DNA from: a virus
Virus record (IMG/VR): IMGVR_UViG_3300019886_000067
Location: 16,398-80,397 of that record
DNA length: 64,000 bases
Strand: one strand, 5' to 3'
Shown: in pieces, positions 40,454-46,790 of the stretch
How positions within the stretch are numbered: the first letter of the stretch is position 1
Layout of the letters: each line of letters begins with the position of its first letter
The notes under the pieces: generated by a model
What the model saw: the letters and a program-made list of their open reading frames with translations, nothing else
Databases searched by the model: none
Told to the model about the DNA's origin: nothing
Program-made: the position numbers and the translations under genes

Positions 40454-40542
40454 CGGTAGGTCAGGGATTCGAACCCTGGGAACACCATTAGATGTTCGCT
40501 GGTTTAGCAAACCAGTCCATTCGGCCGCTCTGGCAACCTACC
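40454..40542 (-). tRNA. tRNA-Ser(GCT)
   Basis: Loop TTGCTAA; long variable arm. Confidence 0.9.
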
Positions 40543-40548
40543 GGAAAG

Positions 40549-40631
40549 CGGAGGGTAAGCGAATCGAACACTCACGCGGTTAGTCGTGCCCTGGGTTTCG
40601 AATCCAGTTTGCCGCCTTGGCGGTACCCTCC
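40549..40631 (-). tRNA. tRNA-Ser(CGA), atypical D-arm
   Basis: Loop TTCGAAA; long variable arm. Confidence 0.8.
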
Positions 40632-40635
40632 GAAA

Positions 40636-40715
40636 TGGAAACGTGAGGAATCGAACCTCATAGTACGAGACAGCGGGGTTACAGCCCACTTGGCGGTCCC
40701 AGCGCCAACGTTTCC
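40636..40715 (-). tRNA. tRNA-Tyr(GTA)
   Basis: Loop CTGTAAC; A73. Confidence 0.85.
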
Positions 40716-40777
40716 GAACGAAGAAGGACTATAGCATACGCTCGACACATTCGCGCCAGATGTGGTACAGTTCTTCC

Positions 40778-40987
40778 ATGAGCAACGTACAGGCCCTAGT
40801 AGGCAAGCCACTCACATTCTACGCCCGAGGCAAGAAGCGCAACATAGGCACGATCACGGATGTATCTGTCGTAGACAACGGCGTCCGATTCGCCGCAACC
40901 GTGACTGACAGCGAGGTAGCCAAGCTTCTAGGCGTTGATCCTCCTGTTGAGATAAGCGGTGGTGCTGGCGATGTCTCAAGCACCTAA
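40778..40987 (+). CDS. hypothetical protein
   Basis: TGGTACAGT-N6-ATG leaderless start. Confidence 0.55.
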   Translation: MSNVQALVGKPLTFYARGKKRNIGTITDVSVVDNGVRFAATVTDSEVAKLLGVDPPVEISGGAGDVSST

Positions 40988-41582
40988 ACTTGATCCTGCA
41001 AGTACGTGGCTTGTATCTGACACGCACTTTGGGCACGAAAACATCGTCGGCTTCGCCCGCCGCCCGCACGACCATGAGCAAGTCATTATGGAGGAATGGG
41101 CACAAACTGTTCCCGACGACGGAACGGTACTGCATCTAGGCGACTTGTCTTATAGAAATAACTCGTTCTTCAAGAACATGATCGCCAAGCACTTGACTGG
41201 CGCTCAGAAGCTCTTGATCCAAGGCAACCATGATCGTCAGCGGCCGAACTTCTATCGTGATAGCGGCTTCAAGATCGTTAAGCCTTTTGAGATTCGCTAT
41301 GTCACGCCGAAGGCTGGTGTCTGGACAGTCTCGTTCTCTCACTATCCCCTAAAGAAGTCAGCACATCCGCTTGCATCAGCAGGCGGCCTAAGACGCGTTC
41401 ATATACACGGCCACATTCACAATAACGGGTATGGCGGCAAGAATTCTCCGTTTGTTCCGTTCAGCGCAGGGCAAATCAACATCAGCGTTGAGCAGATGCA
41501 CTATCGCCCCTGCAAACTAGACGACCTTCTCAACGGCTACATAGAAGGTTGCTACGAGCCTCCGAAGGTCGAGGACAAGTGA
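40971..41582 (+). CDS. calcineurin-like metallophosphoesterase
   Basis: SDTHFGH, HLGD, GNHD, SHYP, HGHIH. Confidence 0.9.
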   Translation: MSQAPKLDPASTWLVSDTHFGHENIVGFARRPHDHEQVIMEEWAQTVPDDGTVLHLGDLSYRNNSFFKNMIAKHLTGAQKLLIQGNHDRQRPNFYRDSGFKIVKPFEIRYVTPKAGVWTVSFSHYPLKKSAHPLASAGGLRRVHIHGHIHNNGYGGKNSPFVPFSAGQINISVEQMHYRPCKLDDLLNGYIEGCYEPPKVEDK

Positions 41583-41929
41583 ACCTGCCGCCGCTCTATC
41601 ATTGGTCGCCCAGCGAGCGCCGCGTCGAAATACTGCAAGATGGGCTCAAGGTGTTCTCTGAGCCAGTCGTTCATGGAGCCGGCCGCGCTCCGTATCTGTG
41701 CTTTGGAACGTGCCCGCGCCAAGCATGGAGTCTATCTGGCGATTTGGATTGGGTGTCAGAAAAAGAGGAATGGGACCTCTGGCAAATCATCCTCTCAAAA
41801 GACGATGATGTGCATATCAGGATGGAGAGTGGCACATATATTTACGAGGTACGAACGTTCAACTCAATTCCGGCTGATCGTGTGTGGCTTGTTGCGCAAC
41901 GTGAGCCGGCGGTCTTCATCGAGCGGTAG
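41579..41929 (+). CDS. possible ADP-ribosyltransferase/Tpt1-like fold protein
   Basis: LYHWSP....EILQDGL...YLCF resembles the NAD-binding LYHGT...I...GL motif. Confidence 0.4.
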   Translation: MNLPPLYHWSPSERRVEILQDGLKVFSEPVVHGAGRAPYLCFGTCPRQAWSLSGDLDWVSEKEEWDLWQIILSKDDDVHIRMESGTYIYEVRTFNSIPADRVWLVAQREPAVFIER

Positions 41930-42007
41930 AATGGACAGAATACTTGCGTTTGCGCTACCTTTTTGCCCATACTGCAACTACATCCCGAGCTTCAAGTAAC
42001 CGCTGCT

Positions 42008-42337
42008 ATGCCCCGCGAAAAAGTTCTGACTGTTCGTATTTCTGATTGTGAGATTCAGACGTTCAAAGCCACCGGCAAAGGTGGGCAGAACCGAGACAAA
42101 CGCGATACGGCCGTTCGTATAATCCACCATCAGTCCGGGGCGCGTGGTGAATCACGTGAAGAGCGTGACCAGCTTTCCAACAAGCGCAAAGCCTTTGTCC
42201 GCATGGCGAACTCAAAGGCATTCAAGGACTGGCTTACAAGAGAGCATAGCCGTCGTATAGCCGACGTAGATGCCTGGCTTGATGAGCAGATGAAGCCAGA
42301 GAACCTTGATGTTGAGTATGGCTCGGATACCAACTAG
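42008..42337 (+). CDS. GGQ-domain peptidyl-tRNA hydrolase (release factor-like, no codon-recognition domain)
   Basis: TFKATGKGGQNRDKRDTAVRIIH..SG...REERDQLSNKRKA; 109 aa. Confidence 0.9.
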   Translation: MPREKVLTVRISDCEIQTFKATGKGGQNRDKRDTAVRIIHHQSGARGESREERDQLSNKRKAFVRMANSKAFKDWLTREHSRRIADVDAWLDEQMKPENLDVEYGSDTN

Positions 42338-42578
42338 CTCAAACAACATGCGTGTGTTTAGCGAAGCGCACAAACACAATAACCACTGGCTAGTTGAAGC
42401 TGAATGGCACGGCAAAATGCGGATTGTCCACAGTGGCCTTGACATCTACGCTGTACTTCGCTGGGCGACCCAGCATGGCTACCACGAGAAAAGCCCTGCC
42501 TAAAAGAGCAATTCTGCAACATAGTTGCAACAAAGCTAAATTAGACAGGACCGCAATGGACACCCGTCTTTCCAACGA

Positions 42579-42651
42579 TGCAACCTGTAGGAATCGAACC
42601 TACGACGCCCGGCTTTTCAGGCCGGCGCTCTACCGTCTGAGCTAAGGTTGC
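42579..42651 (-). tRNA. tRNA-Phe(GAA)
   Basis: Loop CTGAAAA. Confidence 0.92.
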
Positions 42652-42656
42652 TTGTA

Positions 42657-42728
42657 AGCGCGTGACGAGATTCGAACTCGTTCTTCTTGGTTGGAAGCCA
42701 AGTGTGCCGCCATGAACACTTCACACGC
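42657..42728 (-). tRNA. tRNA-Gly(TCC)
   Basis: Loop CTTCCAA; U73. Confidence 0.9.
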
Positions 42729-42803
42729 GAAAGGCCGGGCTCTCACCGGACTACAAGCGACCACGCTTGCCTTATGGGTCGGTACTTCCCGACAGTAACT
42801 TAA

Positions 42804-42875
42804 AGCTCTCACCGAGAATCGAACTCGATACTGACGATTACGAAACGTCCGTGTCACCAACAACACCTTGAGAGC
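42804..42875 (-). tRNA. tRNA-Thr(CGT)
   Basis: Loop TTCGTAA. Confidence 0.88.
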
Positions 42876-42878
42876 ACA

Positions 42879-42945
42879 AGCCCCATATCGGAATCGAACC
42901 GATTCTAGCTGATTACAAAACAGCCGCCAGACCATCAGATAGGGC
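42879..42945 (-). tRNA. tRNA-Thr(TGT), degenerate D-arm (67 nt)
   Basis: Loop TTTGTAA. Confidence 0.7.
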
Positions 42946-43034
42946 GTATCCACAGGCTGCCTACTTCTCCTGCTAAGAGGGTCGGCATTTAAAAGGATGT
43001 CCAAAGCAATAAGGACAAGCATTCACCTGTTAGA

Positions 43035-43106
43035 AGCTGATGACGAGAGTCGAACTCGTAACCCCTCCCATACCAAGGGAGTGCTATACCGTTAAGCCAC
43101 ACCAGC
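43035..43106 (-). tRNA. tRNA-Thr(GGT)
   Basis: Loop TTGGTAT. Confidence 0.9.
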
Positions 43107-43187
43107 GGGCGTGGCGCTCTAACCAGATTTGAGCTACACCCGAGCAAAGCTCGCGCGGTGGGCTTCGATCCCACAACCTCCACTAAG
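43107..43187 (-). ncRNA. circularly permuted tRNA-like RNA (T-arm, closed acceptor, D-arm)
   Basis: GTGG-AGGTT-GTGGG ATCGAAG CCCAC-CGCGCGAGC TTT GCTCGGGTG-TA-GCTC AAATCTGGTTA GAGC-G-CCAC. Confidence 0.8.
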
Positions 43188-43260
43188 TACCCCCGCAAGG
43201 AATCGAACCTTGTTCGCTGGCTTAAGAGGCCAGTGCTCATCCTGTTAAAGCTTCGGAGGC
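43188..43260 (-). tRNA. tRNA-Lys(CTT)
   Basis: Loop CTCTTAA. Confidence 0.9.
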
Positions 43261-43266
43261 TTGTAG

Positions 43267-43358
43267 TGCGCCTGATGGGACTCGAACCCACATCCGTTGG
43301 TGTGAAAAACCAATGCTGGGGACAACTCAGTTGCCTCTACCATTTCAGCTACAGACGC
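43267..43358 (-). tRNA. tRNA-Glu(TTC) with a hairpin inserted in the D-loop
   Basis: D-stem GCTG/CAGC encloses GGCAAC-TGA-GTTGTC; anticodon arm TTGGT-TTTTCAC-ACCAA. Confidence 0.7.
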
Positions 43359-43364
43359 TTAAAG

Positions 43365-43438
43365 TGCCCCCTCTGGGATTCGAACCCAGTTCTCACCGCT
43401 TAAAAGGCGGGGTTCTAACACACATGAACTAAGGAGGC
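43365..43438 (-). tRNA. tRNA-Lys(TTT)
   Basis: Loop CTTTTAA. Confidence 0.88.
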
Positions 43439-43443
43439 GTGCA

Positions 43444-43516
43444 AGCAACAGACGGGATTCGAACCCGCAACCTTCGACATGGCAAGCCGACGCACTACCG
43501 AACGTGCTCCTGTTGC
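43444..43516 (-). tRNA. tRNA-Gly(GCC)
   Basis: Loop TTGCCAT; U73. Confidence 0.88.
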
Positions 43517-43521
43517 GTAAG

Positions 43522-43595
43522 TACGCCCCCAAGGATTTGAACCTTGAACCAACACCTTATAAGGATGCTGCTCTAACCAATTGAGCTAGAGGCGC
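43522..43595 (-). tRNA. tRNA-Ile(TAT)
   Basis: Loop CTTATAA; canonical cloverleaf. Confidence 0.88.
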
Positions 43596-43600
43596 GAGAG

Positions 43601-43675
43601 TGGATCGAGAAGGATTTGAACCTTCGACAGTTCGCGTATCAGACGAATGCTCTAACCTGACTGAGCTACCGATCC
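43601..43675 (-). tRNA. tRNA-Ile(GAT)
   Basis: Loop CTGATAC. Confidence 0.9.
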
Positions 43676-43680
43676 ATGAG

Positions 43681-43754
43681 TGGACAATCTCGGACTCGAA
43701 CCGAGGACTTCCGCCTTGTAAAAGCGGCGCTCTAACCAACTGAGCTAATCGTCC
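43681..43754 (-). tRNA. tRNA-Val(TAC)
   Basis: Loop TTTACAA. Confidence 0.9.
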
Positions 43755-43758
43755 ATAA

Positions 43759-43827
43759 ACGGGAAGGCTGGACTCGGACCAGCATCTACCGGCCCCACGC
43801 CGGCCGCTCTAATTGAGCTACCTCCCT
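43759..43827 (-). tRNA. atypical tRNA-like gene (Pro-like loop CGTGGGG), possibly a pseudo-tRNA
   Basis: Cloverleaf with A1:G72 mismatch, G33, short D-loop without GG, T-loop TCCGAGT. Confidence 0.55.
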
Positions 43828-43829
43828 AG

Positions 43830-43902
43830 TGGTCAATGCTGGACTCGAACCAGCGACTTCGGCGATGTCACCGCCGCGCTCTCCCAACTGAGCTAATCGA
43901 CC
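43830..43902 (-). tRNA. tRNA-Val(GAC)
   Basis: Loop GTGACAT. Confidence 0.88.
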
Positions 43903-43908
43903 AAGAAG

Positions 43909-43981
43909 TGGAGAAGATGGGATTCGAACCCACGACATCCTGCTTGCAAAACAGGCGCTCTACCAACTGAGCTACATCCCC
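43909..43981 (-). tRNA. tRNA-Ala(TGC)
   Basis: Loop TTTGCAA; G3:U70. Confidence 0.92.
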
Positions 43982-44108
43982 TTGGAGCGCCAGGCATTAC
44001 CCGTGGCGCGTGGTACGGTCAGAGTAGAGGCTGGGACTGGACCGATAGGGCCAGGAGCGTTCTCAAACCGTGAGTAGAACTCTAGCACATCTACGCGACA
44101 CATGCTGA

Positions 44109-44324
44109 CTAGCGCACGCGAGTGATCCTGTTCTTGAATGGTTCGTATGAATTGAGTATCTTGGACTCTTCAGGATCGGATGTTTCGTAGGCATGGCCGG
44201 GGCTCATTTTAGCCGCCATGACTTTGCCGTTTGGCTCTGCGGCCATCAACAGCGTTTCGCCGCCGGCCAACGGCAGATAGGCCGGCGGTTCATGTTTGAG
44301 GTTGGCGAACAACAGCGCTAGCAT
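44109..44324 (-). CDS. small putative virion protein
   Basis: GHAYETSDP motif shared with the C-terminus of 45204..46220. Confidence 0.6.
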   Translation of the reverse strand: MLALLFANLKHEPPAYLPLAGGETLLMAAEPNGKVMAAKMSPGHAYETSDPEESKILNSYEPFKNRITRVR

Positions 44325-45184
44325 TAGTCGCCTAGTCTAATGGCCTGCAAGCTAAAGAACGCCTGTGCTCCCGCTCCGTTGACGTATTCTACGCGAACCC
44401 AGCGGGTACTTGGGCGATGAATTATCTCGCCGTAGAATTCACATCCAGTAGCTTTCGCAAGTTCGACTGTCTTTACCTTCTTGAAGGTTATGTTGTCACG
44501 GCTGACTTCTAGAAAGATAGTTCCGATAACATCGGCTGTTGCGCTGACACGGAACTCGTATTGCCCGAGGCTTCCGTTTGAGAAGCCCGTCGCTGTGGCA
44601 GTTGTGGTCAAATCAATAGAGGCTGACTGAACTTTGGCGGCAGAGCCGAGTGTAGTAGAGGAAAGATCGGTCCACTGACCCGGAGCAAATGTGCCACCGA
44701 CGATAGTTCCAGAAGCAGCGAACACCACTCCGACAACTGTCTCATAATTGGACGCACCCTGCGCCACCGATACTTCTACTGTGCCAGATGTGTAAGCCGT
44801 GCAGTGAACGCGAATGTGCGTGGAACCTGCCGGAATCGCTGCCTCCCATGCCACAGTGCTGTTCGTGGCTGCGGAAAGCGGAGTCGTGGTCGGAGAACCA
44901 GAAGCTACGTTAGCGCCTTGAAATCCCATCCATGTTGTGCCGCCGTCATGGCTTGCTTCGCAAATAGCCGTAACACCAGCGTATACACCTTTGAAGTAGA
45001 AGACACACATAGTTTGTCCTGCTTCTACAGGCGCTATGACTTCTGCGCCGGCACCTGCTGTGCCGGTCAGCGTGCCGTTTACTACGCTATCAGCCTGCTT
45101 AGATGTCTGCTGTATAAGCTGATTCGAGGCGTTTTCGTTGAAGAGAACGAGTTGCCCCGAGGGCAGTAGGACTGTTGCAGACAT
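44324..45184 (-). CDS. beta-rich putative virion decoration protein
   Basis: EASHDGGTTW, EVSRDNITF, RWVRVEYVNG jelly-roll-like motifs; similar to the C-terminal half of 27609..28337. Confidence 0.6.
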   Translation of the reverse strand: MSATVLLPSGQLVLFNENASNQLIQQTSKQADSVVNGTLTGTAGAGAEVIAPVEAGQTMCVFYFKGVYAGVTAICEASHDGGTTWMGFQGANVASGSPTTTPLSAATNSTVAWEAAIPAGSTHIRVHCTAYTSGTVEVSVAQGASNYETVVGVVFAASGTIVGGTFAPGQWTDLSSTTLGSAAKVQSASIDLTTTATATGFSNGSLGQYEFRVSATADVIGTIFLEVSRDNITFKKVKTVELAKATGCEFYGEIIHRPSTRWVRVEYVNGAGAQAFFSLQAIRLGD

Positions 45185-45203
45185 TGTAACCTACTATACC
45201 TGG

Positions 45204-46220
45204 CTATTCGACTTTCACAACAACCCCAGGAAAGTCGTTTTCCAGTACCTTGATTGTCTGTGGGTCTTCCGTTTCATACGGGGTTCCAGAGTTTAGAACT
45301 GCTGTCACTAGTTGACCGTTTGCAGCCTTGACTTTCTCAATCGTCAGTTTCGTGCCGCTTTTGGTCGGTTCAAACAGCGCTGCGGCTACGGTGTAGGAGA
45401 ATGTAGCCGTTGTGGTGCCGCCAGAGTTGTTTTCGGCCGTGACTTTGATGCTGTAGCTTCCAGTCGTTGTAAGCGAGCCCGTGATAAGGCCAGTAATGTT
45501 GTTGATGGTGAGACCAGGAGGCAAGCCACTCGCGCTGTAAAATACAGCGCGAGTGGCAATAATCTGGATTGAAACTTTGCTCCCGGTGGCTTTTTTCTGC
45601 GTCCCTGGGTTCGTAACTTCTGGTGCAGCTTCTTCAGCTTGTTCAGCGGCCATGAAGTTCGTAAATAGCGGGTAGGAGCCTTGGCCGTCAGAGCCAACGA
45701 ATCCGGCAGTGAATGGCGTGTTCGGGTCTTTCGCGTTCAAAACGAGAACCCACGAGCCGGAACCTTCAGGCCGGCGGTAAGCTTCTAGTTTGTTGCCCTG
45801 CTTCCAAAGTGCGAATTCATCACCAGCGGCCGGACTTATAGAGCCAGAAAGGCCAATGCTTGATTCAACGCCGCTTTCAACACGGAATATACCAATTAGG
45901 AGAGTAGATGACGTGTTGTGGTAAAACTGGACTCGATAGCCTGAGTGCGTCGTGTTGTTGTAGCAAAGCCACAAGCATCCGAATCGTTCGGCAATATCCG
46001 AGCCGAGTGACCGCTTGATCGTCACAGCATGGTTGTTTTTGAATTCTTTAGCGTTCCAGTAAGACCCAGAAGACAACCCAAAACCCGAGTATGACATTCC
46101 GCCGGCCGCACTTTTCAGAGCACCCGTAGCCCATGTCATCTTACTCCAATTTGCTTTTTCATACCAAGTAGTTTCGGCATGTTGAAGGTTGTCTTGGAGC
46201 GTAAGTTCTTCTAGGAACAC
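45204..46220 (-). CDS. putative virion protein with He_PIG-type Ig domain
   Basis: YSASGLPPGLTINNITGLITGS...GSYSIKVTA. Confidence 0.75.
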   Translation of the reverse strand: MFLEELTLQDNLQHAETTWYEKANWSKMTWATGALKSAAGGMSYSGFGLSSGSYWNAKEFKNNHAVTIKRSLGSDIAERFGCLWLCYNNTTHSGYRVQFYHNTSSTLLIGIFRVESGVESSIGLSGSISPAAGDEFALWKQGNKLEAYRRPEGSGSWVLVLNAKDPNTPFTAGFVGSDGQGSYPLFTNFMAAEQAEEAAPEVTNPGTQKKATGSKVSIQIIATRAVFYSASGLPPGLTINNITGLITGSLTTTGSYSIKVTAENNSGGTTTATFSYTVAAALFEPTKSGTKLTIEKVKAANGQLVTAVLNSGTPYETEDPQTIKVLENDFPGVVVKVE

Positions 46221-46258
46221 TCACCAATTCTGCCACAGCAACCGGCTTTCAGCCGTGC

Positions 46259-46307
46259 GACAATATCGTCACATACGCCCGATTCGAACGAATGTGACGA
46301 TATTGTC
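46259..46307. repeat. 16-bp inverted repeat directly 3' of the RNase P RNA
   Basis: GACAATATCGTCACAT...ATGTGACGATATTGTC; loop contains CG-TTCGAAT-CG on the - strand. Confidence 0.8.
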
Positions 46308-46311
46308 ACAA

Positions 46312-46667
46312 ATGGGGTCCAGCCTGTAGCCGGGGTTCTGTTCCCAGGACGACAAACCCCTGGGCGACCACGATCTTTCTTACCGGGCTGACTAATTCCC
46401 GGCAGCCGTCCTATGACGTGCCGCTCCAAACCTTGATCGCCCCCGCTATGCTTCGGGCGTCTGTTCTTGGATCGCACCCAGCCTTGGCAACTCGCGCGTG
46501 CGCGCGTCTCGCGGTTCAAGCGTCCCGTGCTACTGTCCGCATCGCTCTCGCAACTTGGCCCCAACAAGGACTCCCGCCGGCCGGTGACGACGAGGTTAGC
46601 CCTCGTCGGGGTGCCCCGAACTTCCTCTCGCGTCCTTCAACCGCGAGCCGCAGTCCGGCTGGCCCAC
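46312..46667 (-). ncRNA. rnpB: RNase P RNA
   Basis: GAGGAAGTTCGGGGCACC (46627-46610) and AACAGAACCCCGGCTAC (46342-46326) form P4; P1, P2, P3, P5 and P19 can all be paired; about 355 nt. Confidence 0.88.
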
Positions 46668-46670
46668 TAA

Positions 46671-46732
46671 AACGAAGAGAGGGATTCGAGCCCTCTACTG
46701 CCAACATCGCAGCCACCATACCTTGCTCCGCT
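46671..46732 (-). ncRNA. D-armless tRNA-like element
   Basis: AGCGGAG/CTTCGTT acceptor, GCTGC-GATGTTG-GCAGT arm, AGAGGG-CTCGAAT-CCCTCT T-arm. Confidence 0.55.
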
Positions 46733-46790
46733 CCGAAGGTTTCTGTACTTGGAGTCGTTAGACGATAATCCGTGTTGAAACCTACAAACA

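Noticed and set aside
42008-42337. Stop-codon reassignment via a phage release factor
   Set aside because: The protein has no codon-recognition domain, no suppressor tRNA was found, and TAG, TGA and TAA all end full-length genes.
43267-43358. Selenocysteine or opal suppressor tRNA (TCA in the loop)
   Set aside because: In the 7-nt loop TTTTCAC positions 34-36 are TTC; the acceptor is 7 bp and there is no long variable arm.
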